This document shows positions 25,759 to 37,640 of a stretch of DNA of 64,000 nt, piece after piece. This DNA comes from Ptychomitrium polyphyllum (Eukaryota). The position numbers and the translations under genes were made by a program. The stretch spans positions 15,810,001 to 15,874,000 of the forward strand of contig OZ316775.1 in NCBI GenBank assembly GCA_973851085.1, in the 5' to 3' direction. Within the stretch, counting starts at the first letter, position 1; every line of letters begins with the position of its first letter. The notes under the pieces are model-generated. The model worked only from the letters and a program-made list of their open reading frames with translations, ran no database searches and had not been told where the DNA came from.

Positions 25759-28700
25759 TGTCACAAACATAGATCATGCAACATAGTCCTTAGAACATTC
25801 TAGAATCTTGTAGTATACTATAATAGCTTTTTAGAATACTTTTAGATGTTTCTATAGTTTTTCCATGTTCTTAGGAAGCTTCCTAGGAAAGTTTCTCCAC
25901 CTTAAGAAGCTTCTTAGGAAGGTTCTATCATCTTAGGTAACTTTCTAGGAAGGTTCTACTTCTTTAGGAAACTTCCTAAGAAGGTTCTAATTCCTTGGAA
26001 GACTCTTAGGAAGGTTCCAACATCTTAGGAAACTTCTTGGGAAGGTTCCCTAGACTTCCAGAACATTCTTAAGCCTTGTAGGAAGCTTCTTTAGAAGTAT
26101 CCTAGGAGATACAAACGTCATAGTATAAATAGGAGACAAGTCAAGGTAGTCCTTAGTCTTGCCAATACAAGTTGTGGATCATCTTGAATCCTGCCTTGTT
26201 CTAGTCTTTGTATCAAGTTCTTGTTAATCATTAGCTCTTTGGAAGCTAATTCTTGGGAAACACTTTGTTTTTGCTTCTTGTTTTTTGTGTCCTTAATAGT
26301 TTGGCAAGATTACTTTTCATCTCTGTCAGAGCTAAGGTTCTTTGACAATGATTGTGGATTACCCATCTTCTATAGAATTATATAGCGTCTTAGAGGTTGC
26401 GGATTACCCTCCTCTAAGGTGGCACCATAGAGTTGGTTTCTCCTTGTAGAACCATGTATTACTTCTTTCAAAGTACGTGGATTTTCTTCCTTTGAAGGTA
26501 CTCATAGTCTTTCTGTCTTTGAGAGTCTGAAGAAATGGATAATGTGCCTGGAACATCAGAGAATAGGTTTTTAACTATTGCAGACCTTTAAGAGTTATTA
26601 AACACAGTTCAAACAGAACTCGCCCGTTTTAATACCACCAACAATTTGGAGCAACATACTCGGTAAGCTGAAGAATCCAATGGTGATATTCAAAGCCTAT
26701 ATCAAGAGGTTGTTCAATTGCGAGAGGCCAATATTGGAAGGGAAGGCTTAAGTAAAATCCATGCAAAGCCAAAGATTAGCATGCTAGACAAGTTCGATGG
26801 ATCAAGATCAAAATTGAGAGGCTTTGTTCAACAAGTAAGACTCTTCTTTAATTTGCATCAATCTCGCTATCTTAATGGCATAATTCAAGTGGGATTTGTG
26901 GCCACTCTTTTATCAAACAATGCACTATCGTGGTTTGTACCACTAATGGAGAAGCAGTTCCCATTATTGAACAACTTAGATGCTTTTATAGAAGCATTGA
27001 CATCTACTTTTGGAAACACCGACCGAAAGAGGGTGGCTGAGACAAGGATCCAGAGTCTCCAACAAAGACAACGCTCAGCTGTTACATATGCTGCAGAGTT
27101 TTGATAATTAGCTTGCGACCTTGATTGGAATGATAAAGCCTTGGTCACACGATTTCGATGGGGCTTAAGAGAGAATGTAAAGGACTTACTACTCACAATG
27201 CCAAGAGTTGAAACATTGAACGAATTCATCACTCAAGCAATAGCATGTGACAATAGACTATTTGAGAGGCGCCAAGAACAACGCTTGGGATGGCGACCAG
27301 TACATCAAAGCATGGCTACCACTTTTTCAAGAATATTGAAAAATCGACCACAAGGACCAGAACCTATGCAAATTGATGCTGCCCAATTCAAACGTTTGAC
27401 TCCAGAAGAAAAAGAAAGGCGTCAAAGAGAAAACCTATGTTTGTATTGTGGCAAGTCTGGACATAAAGTGTGCAATTGCTAAATCAAAGGATCTGACTTT
27501 AAAGCTCAAAGCACAATGGTGGAGTTGGAAAACGAGGTCGTCCAATCACAGTTGGGACCATGCGACTGGACACCACAAGGAAACGACCATCAAATCAAGG
27601 TCTCTTATCACCTTCAAGCCCTACTTCTTCTTTTACATTTCCTATCAAAATTAAATTGTTAAATGATGAAATAATTAGTGAAGCTCTTTTAGACACTGGT
27701 GCAACAGCATGTTTTATGAACAAGGACTTTGCAACCAAACATCACATGGTGTTTGTGAAGAAAAAATACCCCGCACCTGTTGAAGTTATTGATGGACGAT
27801 CTCTTGCGTCTGGCAACGTTATTGAAGAAACTCAACCCTTGGAGGTTGTTTTAAAAGACCAAGCATTTAAGATTATCTTCAATATCATTCAATGCCAAAC
27901 AAATTCTATTATTTTGGACCTTCCTTGGTTTGAATTACATAATCCAGACATTGACTGGCGCTCACGGAATATGGTCTCAAGGAAAAGACGTCAAGGTACA
28001 AGAAATCTTGGACCATCATTTATTGGAGCTAAGGCATTTATGAGAGCGGCAAAAGATGAACCAATCTATGCCATTTATGCCACGCCAATGTCTAACTCTA
28101 CAATAGAGACTAATCAAAATATACCTCGTCAATATCAAGATTATAAAGATGTTTTTGAAAAGAAGAATGCGGACATGTTACCAAAACATCGGCCTTACAA
28201 TTGTACCATTGAGTTGCAAGAAGGAGCCCAACCACCTTTTGGACCTATTTATAACTTATCACAAACTGAGTTGGCTACCTTGAGAGAATATATTGATGAA
28301 AACCTCGGAAAGGGTTTCATTCAACACTCTAAATCACCTGCTAGAGCACCCATTCTATTTGTAAAGAAAAAAAATGGATCATTACGTATGTGCGTGGATT
28401 ATCAAGGCTTCAATAAAGTAACAAAAAAGAATTGCTATCCATTACCATTAATCTCAAGACTCCTACAACAACTTGGCCAAGCAAAGATATTCACTAAAAT
28501 TGATCTTAGAGGAGCCTACAATCTTGTACGCATCAAAGAAGGAGACGAATGGAAGACAGCTTTTCGATCCAGGTATGGTCATTTTGAATACAATGTCATG
28601 CTTTTTGGCCTTATTAATGCTCCCGCAGCCTTCCAACATATGATGAATGATATCTTCCATGAACATCTGGATGATTCTATTGTCATCTACTTAGATGATA

Positions 28701-31700
28701 TTTTGATGTATTCAAAGGATGAACAAGACCACGAATGTCATGTGCGACTGGTCTTAGAAAAACTACGCCAGCGAAGATTATATGCCAAATTGGAGAAGTG
28801 CCTTTTCCATGAATGCTTAGTTGAATTTTAGGCTATATCATTTCCAAAGGAGGAATCCATATGGATAAGAAAAAAATAAGCACTGTCATCAAGTGGAGTA
28901 CGCCAAGATCAATTCGAGATGTTCAATGCTTCTTGGGATTTGCAAACTTCTATAGAATATTCATCAAGAATTATTCTAAGATTGCGGCACCATTAACACG
29001 TCTTACGGGGAAGCAAAAATTCATTTGGAATGAAGAGGCCGAAAATGCATTTCAAAGTCTTAAGAAGTTATTCACGTCGGCTCCAATTCTTATTCATCCA
29101 AATCCATTGAAGCCTTTTTATTTGGAAGCGGATGCCTCAAATTTGCGCTTGGCTCAGTACTTTCACAATATGATGAAGACGGGAGACTTCACCCTCTTGC
29201 CTTTCGTTCAAGGAAGTTCTCGGCGGCAGAGATCAATTATGATATACATGATAAAGAACTACATGCAATTGTAGATGCATTTGAGGAATGGCAACACTTT
29301 TTGGAAGGAACTTAACATACCATCAAGATATACACAAACCACAAGAACTTGGAGTATTTCATGAGTGCGCGCATTTTGAATCGTCGTCAAGCATGATGGA
29401 GTATGTCGCTTTCCAGATTTGACTTCGTCATTACCTATAAATTTGGTAGCTTGCAAAGTAAGCCAGATGCCTTATCTCGAAGATCTTATGTAGCTCTTTA
29501 ACCTGGAGATGATGTTTTGAATCAACAAAGGACTATTTTATTGAAGCCTGAGAATCTTCAATTGAAAGCAGCCATTATTACGACAACATCCCATCTTGAC
29601 AAAATTTGGAAGGCTTTAAAGAATGACGTCTTTGTTTCAAATATAAAGAAGCGCCTCAAACACAATGGAAATCCTTCAAATAGCAATGAGTACTTTGAAT
29701 TCTAAGAGGGCCTACTTTATTATAAAAGACTTTTGTACCTACCTCTAGGCCCTTTGCGGTTGAAGATCCTTCAAGCACGTCATGATTTTCCAGCAGTAGG
29801 ACATTTTGGATTCAATAAAACAATGGAGTTGATTGCTAGAGACTATTGGTGGCCACAAATGTGGAAGTACGTGAAGGACTTTGTTCGATCATGCGACACT
29901 TGTGCAAGAGCCAAGGTACCAAGATACCAACCTCATGGTCTCCTCCATTTGCTTCTAATGCTAGAGGGCCCATGGTTGTCTTTGTCAATGGATTTTATCA
30001 CGAACCTTCCAAATTCCAAATCTAAGGATTTATTTTGGTAGTGGTAGATCCATTTACCAAAATGGCACATTTCATTCCATGCAACAAGACGATAACGGGA
30101 GAAGAAACTGCCAAGTTGTTCATAAATCATGTCTACCGCATACATGGACTACCAGATGATATTATATCCGATCGAGGGCCGCAGTTCATTTCCAACTTTT
30201 GGAGGGCTCTATTCCAGCTGTTGCGTGTAAAGATCAATCTTTCTTCAGCACACCATCCGCAAACTGATGGCCAAATCGAACGTGTAAATCAAATTTTGGA
30301 ACAGTACCTTTGTTGTAGCATAAACTACCAGCAAGACAATTGGATGGACCTCTTGCCTTTGGCAGAATTTGCTTACAACAATACGGTGCATTCTTCAACA
30401 AGTCAAAGTCCATTATTTGCAAACTATGGACATCATCCTCGAACAGATCCATTTCAAGTAAAGCATGTTGGAAGTCCTGCAGCAGAGGATTTTGCAATTC
30501 AACTTGCTAAAATCCATCAAGAAATTACTTTCTAGTTACAACAAGCTCAAGATCGTTACAAAACTTATGCAGATCGCCATCGAAAGGACCATCAAAAGTT
30601 CAAGGTTGGAAATAGTGTATGGCTCCTACTACAAAATATACAGACAAAAAAACCATCAAAAAAGTTGGACTATCAAAGGTTGGGACCGTTTGAAACCAGC
30701 AAACAAATAAATCCGGTTAGTTATCGCCTAAAGCTACCACCAAGCATGCAAGTTCATCCAATGTTCCACGTATCGTTGTTGGAAACCTATAACAAATCAT
30801 GTATATTAGAGAGAATTGTCCCTCCGCCTCCTCCGCTGGAAATCAATAATGAAATTGAATATGAAGTGGAAGAGATCTTAGATTCACGCATCAAAAACGG
30901 ACGTGTGGAGTACCTTATACATTGGCAAGGATATGGCATTAATAACCAAATATGAGAACCTTCAACAAATGTAATAAATGCATCCAAGAAGATAAGCCAA
31001 TTTCATCAAAGATATCCTCAGAAACCAGGTTAGTGATGATGTGTCATCAGCAACCGTTAGCTTTACAGAGAAGTTTTTCCTTCATAGACAAGTATAAGAA
31101 GGGAGGAAAGATATCCAAACCTCCAATTGTATGCAGCATTATTTCCAAGATAGATCACTTCCAGATCCTAGCCAGTATGTCAAATCTTCGTGTTATCATG
31201 GATATGCGTGAAGAGCAGTCGGCCATGCCTTCATCAACAACAGCATCTATTGAGCCAACTCAACTTTCTCAGCCCTCGGTAACGGAGGAACTAAGTCAAG
31301 ATATGGGAGGGACATCCCAATGTCGAGTACGACCTCGTGCAGAAGTATTGACTAGTCGTCCTTCACATTTTAGTCTTCATTCAGATGCTCGCGCTCTAGT
31401 CATCTTGTTAGAAATTGGAAGAATCACTCCTGGAGGACCCAAAATCGTGTTTGGAGGATGTTTTGAAGGACTTAATCAAGATCAGATCTTGGGATGGGAC
31501 ATTTCAACAAACAAAAGTCTTGGTTGGTGGCCATCTGTGCTTCTTGCAAGGACCAGTTGAACCAGTGAATAGAGAACAACGAGCAGAGTATGTTGCTTCA
31601 CTCCTTCGACAAATTTTGGAATTTGTAGAAATGTGATAAGCAAGCCAAGAAAAGAGCTCCTCATGAGACTCGTCGCTAAATGGGGAGGTGATGTCATATA

Positions 31701-32305
31701 CATAGATTATGCAACATAGTCCTTAGAACATTCTAGAACCTTATAATATACTATAATAGCTTTTTAGAATACTTTTAGATGTCTCCATAGTCTTTTCCAT
31801 GTTTTTAGGAAGTTTCCTAGGAAAGTTCCTCCACCTTAGGAAACTTCCTAGGAAGATTCTATCATCTAGGTAACTTCCTAGGAAACTTCCTAAGAAGGTT
31901 CCATCATCTTAGGAAACTTCCTAGGAAGGTTCTACTTCTTTAGGAAACTTCCTAAGAAGGTTCCGCTACCATAGGAAATTTCCAAGGAAGGTTCCAATTC
32001 CTTGGAAGACTCTTAGGAAGGTTCCAACATCTTAGGAAACTTCTTGGGAAGGTTCCCTAGACTTCCAGAACATTCTTAAGCCTTGTAGGAAGCTTCTTTA
32101 GAAGTATCCTAGGAGATACAAACGTCATAGTATAAATAGGAGGCAAGTCAAGGTAGTCCTTAGTCTTGCCAACACAAGTTGTGGATCATCTTGAATCCTG
32201 CCTTGTTCTAGTCTTTGTATCAAGTTCTTGTTAATCATTAGCTCTTTGAAAGCTAATTCTTGGGAAACACTTTGTTTCTGCTTCTTGTTTTTTGTGTCTC
32301 TAACA
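25759..32305 (+). mobile_element. Full-length but decayed Ty3/gypsy LTR retrotransposon with chromodomain (chromovirus; resembles the Tcn1-like/RLG1 family of mosses)
   Basis: 5' LTR 25759-26298, 3' LTR 31692-32305, TSD GTAAT (25754-25758 / 32306-32310), PPT AAATGGGGAGGTGA before the 3' LTR; gag, PR, RT, RH, IN, chromo order. Confidence 0.95.
26535..31033 (+). pseudogene. gag-pol of the gypsy element, with multiple stops and frameshifts
   Basis: Gag KFDG..SKLRGF, EPMQID, zinc knuckle CLYCGKSGHKVCNC; protease LLDTGA; RT KIDLRGAY, YLDDIL; RNase H LEADAS; IN GHFG..KT, CDTC, SMDFI, IISDRG, HHPQTDGQ.ER; chromodomain EYEVEEILDSR..YLIHWQGY. Confidence 0.93.
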
Positions 32306-32827
32306 GTAATGAGATTGCGGCTGCGGGTAACAAAACTACAATTATAGGTAACGGATGGTGATTGTTGTTGTAGATGAAGCAACTTCATCTATGCTTAAAG
32401 CATTTTGCAACTTTAGTAGACAAAGCATACACAATCATTTCATATTTTAGCATAAACCAGGTACTCTTTTTCAAATGTAAAATTAGAGTGTTTAAGAGCC
32501 TTTTGTTGAAAAGTAAGAAAGAGGCCTCCTATTGGAAAGCAAAGTTTCTTCATCACTACTATATTCAAAGGTATCAAAGTATATACATGTGTTTATAAAA
32601 TAATTTTTTAATGTGTATTAAAATTTCAAAATCACATCAAAAAGTGGTTACATCCATGCTTGGAAAGACTACTTGAAGCTAATAAGCTATTTTTTTCCTA
32701 TACAAACGCTTTGCCTTCGATGACTCACCAATACTTGCATGAAGCGAGAAATTATCATCATTAGATGCCTCATCAGCCTACGGATCTGTGCTCTCCATTG
32801 ACAAATTTGTGTTCATATCATTATGTT

Positions 32828-33535
32828 CTTAGAAGTATTATAGTGTTTTAGAGGTTGCGGATTACCTTCCTTAAATTAATATTATCTCTTGAATTTTTCT
32901 TAGGTTTTGTTTATTTAATAATTTTTATTTGTTTCTATTTTATTTCTATGCCAGGAAGTGAAGAGGTCAATATGCTTGATTAAAAAGAAACCAAACTAAA
33001 TTATATATGCCCGCAAAGCATTAAAGATCAAGATCGAGACTTAATTCAAGCAAAATGAAGAATACCATTTTACCATACATGATGGTTTACAAGCAAAAAC
33101 ATCCTTGTTGCTACCTCAAGTCATTATAGGTGTTCCATTGCTTATATATGTATTAGACAAGACATACATATCCAAGCGAGTAATTTAATGTCAATAGCAA
33201 AAAAAACCAAGAATGAACATTCCAAAGGAATTTAACAATATGCATTCAAAATTTTAAGGCTTTGTAAACCAAATTCAATTTACTACCTTGCTCTAGCTTC
33301 AACAATATTCTACGGACTCTTCATGCGTTGGTTTGGTGAAAACATTGCTTTAAAAAACAAGCATAATCTTGGTTTGCATTACTTTTTAAGAAAAATTTGA
33401 TGCGTTCTTTGCCAACTTTACAAAAGCATTTAGTAACCATGATAAGCTTTATTCTATAGATACTGAGATTTATGCCTTACACTAAGGACCACATTGAATG
33501 TCAATTTATGCATCGGAATTTCAACAACTTGTTCA
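32828..33535 (+). mobile_element. Degenerate 5' leader/gag fragment of an older gypsy family, truncated at the arm junction
   Basis: Homologous to the reverse complement of ~35890-37245 (GAGGTTGC..ATTA, TTTCTATGCCAGG..GTGAAGA, AAGCAAAATGAAGAA, GTTGGTTTGGTGA, TGTCAATTTATGCATC). Confidence 0.7.
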
Positions 33536-34259
33536 ATTTGCTAATATGACTCTAACCCTTAATGATTAATCATTCTAAAATACTAATTAAGTCTACCCTT
33601 CAAATTCACTTCTCCGCTATAAATGTCAATTTCCATCGTTTATTAAAACTTTCCATGGACCTAACTTGCCTAACCACCCTTAAACTTAGTTAGTCACTGG
33701 AATGACTCTAATTAGTACTAACATAAGTTTATTTTTTAGTAACTAATGTTAATAGTAATAATTAATGAAAATTCACCAATTGAGCCAATTCTTTAACTTA
33801 CACTTCCTGTGAGCCAAATAAATCTTTCCACTAATTGAGAAGAATAATTGCTCACATAGTTTTAATTGCATTGTAATTTAAATTAGTTTACCTAGGTATT
33901 TTTATGAGCTAGAAATTTACCTTTTTTTGTAAGTAGCCACCTTCCAACTTACAAGGGTTAACTAATTAAAAGGGTATGAGGCTAAATAAAAGGCTAAATG
34001 GAAGGTGATTAAGTCCAAAAATATAATTAGGAGAAATTTACCTTGTCATTGTGATTTAAACTCTAATCAACATCAATATCAATCCTAAATTCAAGGCCTT
34101 AGGCTTCAAAATGGTCAAGAATCCACAACAATTCAAAAGATATTATATTAGCCAAAGACCTAACATCAACAATATAAAAAAAGACAAAATACTTACTCTA
34201 ATTTCTATGCCTCCAAGTTCCGCATAGGGCTGGAAACCTCTTGGCGCTCAATTGCTTAT

Positions 34260-34707
34260 CATTGTCTTGTCAACTCTTGAAATTGTGCTTTCCTATAGCT
34301 TGTTGAAAAGCTTGCTTTAAGGCGCTCTACTTCCAACAAGAATTATAATATTTGAATAAGTAACAACAAAGTTATGTCTCACCAAAGTTTGGATTGGGTT
34401 CAGTTTGTCCTAATTCTAGGCTGCAAATCCCTTGGCGGTTGATGTCACTCCACTGTATTGTTAAATCTTGGAATTGTGCTTCTTATAGCTTGTTAAAAAA
34501 CTTACTTCAAGGTGCTCTACTTCCAACAAGAACTATAGCATTTGAATAAGTGACAACAAAGTTATGTTTTACCAAAGTTTAAATTGGTTCAGTTTGTCCT
34601 AACCCTAGGCCGCAAATCCCTTGGTGGTTGATGTTACTCCATTGCATTGTCAAATCTTGGAATTGTGCCTCTTTTAACTTGTTGAAAAGCTTACTTCAAG
34701 GCGCTCC
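34260..34707. repeat. Degenerate ~190-bp tandem repeat, ~2.4 copies
   Basis: Units begin at ~34260, 34451 and 34640 (CA[T/C]TG..TTGT.AA.TCTTG.AATTGTGC...CTACTTCCAACAAGAA...GCAAATCCCTTGG.GGTTGATGT). Confidence 0.85.
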
Positions 34708-35192
34708 AAACTTTAAAATCTCAAATTTAACCTCCAATTCTACAATTAGCTATGGCAATTCAATGTTACCATTTTTTCTGCCTAAGTCTTTTCTTCTATT
34801 TACAGTCAACCTTCCTTTCTCCTAGCTACCTTCCTATATTGCTAAAATTTTAATCCCCTAAAACTAACTTTAACTATTGGATATCTAAATTCTTCTACAC
34901 TTCAAAAGTTTTATTCAAAATACCTACTTTTCCTGTCCTCAAAATCACTTGTGTAAAACTAATGGTCTAACGACTTTAAAACTTAACCCTAAGTTTAACT
35001 ATTTTTTGCTCAAATAAACTAAGTGGTGTGCTCCAAACTAATTCTTGTTTGCTAAAAAAAACTAAGTATCTCTTTGCTTGCATTTTCTCTCTTTTTATAG
35101 GGAACCTTATTTTTCTACTCCATTCTCATTAATTACTGAAATTTCTAAGCCACTTGACCCTAATTCATACTTTGATTTTTTCCTAAATATAG

Positions 35193-35343
35193 CTATTGTT
35201 TTAAATTTAGCTGTTGTTCTAAAATCAACAGCAATTTTAGATTTTTACTATTATTCTAAATTTAGCTGCAATTCTAAAATCAACAACAGTTCTAGATTTT
35301 TCCTATTATTTTAAATTTAGCTGCAATTCTAAAATCAACAATA
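35193..35343. repeat. 55-bp tandem repeat, ~3 copies
   Basis: AAATTTAGCTG recurs at 35203, 35258 and 35313, followed by TTCTAAAATCAAC each time. Confidence 0.8.
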
Positions 35344-35349
35344 GTTGTA

Positions 35350-37640
35350 TCTTAGTTGTAGAATTCATTTTTTTTTCTATAATTCCATTCTTGCATTGGC
35401 CTTAAACGCCATGGACCATGAGCGTCTACCTACTTGTCCTTTAGTTCCCTTAATAACAACTATAATCCAACTTCTTTTATTCTAATTAGACCTAATCTCT
35501 TTTACAATGTTAAATTTTGTCGTTTCTTAAAAAAACATCTATATTGAACTGATTCTATAGCTCACATTCCCTTTATTGATTCTTTTCATATTTAAAAAGG
35601 AACTTAAAGCAAACCACGTCAATCTGCATGGCTTGTGCTCCCAAAAACTTGTTAGAGGTAGATGGTGCCGGAGCTATTAAACAGTTGGTATATGGTTGGG
35701 GCGTAATTAAAGCTCGCTTATTTTGTTGAATTTGAAATAGACAACTATTATATTTCAAAGCTTGATTGATAGCCTCATCAAGTGTTTGAGAATCTGGCAT
35801 GGATTGTAATAAATCTTTAATCTTGTTGCAAATGCCTCAATGAAATTGATTCATCAACGCTTCTTCTTCCTAATTAATGTAGTATGCAAGTTGTCAAAAT
35901 TTTGATGCATAAATTGACATAGAACGTGGCCTTTAATGCAAGACATAAGTTAGAGACACAAGAAACAAGAAGCAGAAATGAAGTGTTTTCCAAGAATTAG
36001 CTTCTAAAAAACTAATGATTAACAAGAACTTGATATAGAGACTAAAACAACGCAAGATACAAGATGATCCACAACTTGTATTGGTAAGACTAAGGAATAC
36101 CTTGTCTTCCCTCCTATTTATATTATGAAGCTTGTATCTCCTAGATTACTTCTAAAGAAGCTTTCTACAAGGCTTAAGAATGTTTTAGAAATCTATGGAA
36201 CCTTCCAAGAAATTTCTTAAGATGTTGGAACCTTCGTAAGAAGCTTCCAAAGAATTGAAATCTTCCTTGGAAATTTCTCAAGGCAGTGGAACATTCCTTG
36301 GGAATTTTCCAAAGTGGTGGAACCTTCTTAGGAAGTTTCCTAAAGAGCTAGAATCTTCCCAAGAAATTTTTTTAGGTGATGAAACCTTTTTAGGAAGTTT
36401 CTTGAGGTAGTGCAACCTTCTTAGGAAGTTTCTTGAGGCGCTGAAACCTTCCTAGGAAATTTCCTAAAAACGTAGAAACAACTATGGAGACATTTGAAAA
36501 TATTCTAAGAAGCTATTATAATATACTAGAAGGTTCTAAAGGCTATGTTGCATAATCTATGTCCGTGACAGCATGAATCTTAGAAGTTGGAGAATAGTAC
36601 TTGTTATAATCACCAAATGCTTCAGCATACAGGTTTAGGAACGCATCAAAGTTACTAAGTATGGGAGAATTCTTCTCAAAAAGTGGTATAAACTAGAACA
36701 ATGCTTATCTTGAAAGCAACATTCTCACCAAACCAACACATAAAGCACCCGTAGAATACTGTCGAGGTTGGAGCAAGGTAACAAATTGAACTTAGTTACA
36801 AAGCCTCAAAATTTTGAATGCGTATTATTAAACTTTTTTAAGAGGCTAATTCTTAGTTTTTTGTCCATTGACAATGAACTCCCAACTTGAACTTGTCTGT
36901 TTTTTATAAATTCATCTTTAAACAATGAAGCACCCAAATTGACTTGTAATAGCAATTGTAGTGGTTTGGATCTTTGGCCATTATGTATAATCAAATAAAG
37001 TTCTTCATTTTGCTTAAATAAATTCTTGGTCTTGATCCTCAATGCTTAAAGACATTGATAATAGAATCTAAATTGGCTTCTTTTTAATCAACCATATTGA
37101 TTTCTTCACCACCTGGCATAGAAACGAAATGAAAACAAGTAAAAACTACAAAATACGCAAAAAATCAAAGAAAATTCAAGAAGCAATATTAGTCCAAAGG
37201 AGGATAATTTGCAACCTCTTGAGTGCTATAGTGCTTTCAAGAAGAGGGATGATCCGCTTTCTATTAAAAAAGACCATGCTCTGATATTGTGATATGACGA
37301 TTTTGGCAAATTATTATGGATAAAGTAATAATAAGACAATGCTTTAAGATTTTAGGATGTAAGACAAGATATGCTTAAGGTATATTAGAAGTAAAGAGCT
37401 ATAACAAGGTACAAAGACAAGGCCAAAAAGTATGAGCTAGACCATAAGAGATGAATTGTTGAAACTAAAGATTCCTTCAGCCTCAATTCTTATATATACT
37501 AAGACTACAAGCCTTGAAAGCTTCTTGAGAAGCTTCTATTGTATTGCATTGTGCTTAAGCAACTTTGAGTTGTTTCCTTGGAAGCTTCTTTAACCTTCTA
37601 AGAACCTTTTTGAATGCTTCTATTATGCATGTCTGTAACA
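35350..37640 (-). mobile_element. Older truncated gypsy element (LTR ~37288-37640, degenerate PBS, decayed gag), interrupted by a solo LTR
   Basis: ORF 35573-35800 (MPDSQTLDEAINQAL...AMQID) is homologous to gag 27141-27482. PBS-like AATATCAGAGCATG on the minus strand is adjacent to a TGT...ACA segment. Confidence 0.7.
35948..36570 (-). mobile_element. Solo LTR of the 25759-32305 family inserted in the older gag
   Basis: Matches the LTR at 44954-45567; ends (A)GTTAGAGAC...GTGACA; degenerate TSD ACATA/GCATG; gag sequence resumes on both sides. Confidence 0.88.

Larger units (their letters stand above)
20872..32818 (+). repeat. Left arm of 11,947-bp inverted duplication
   Basis: Reverse complement of 44441-56387; mirrored ORF pairs sum to 77259; ends mapped base by base. 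Confidence 0.97.

Noticed and set aside
32125..32598. ORFs conserved in two copies (also 44661-45134, 24999-25232/52027-52260)
   Set aside because: Identity is due to the recent duplication; they lie in LTR or non-coding DNA with no protein motifs.
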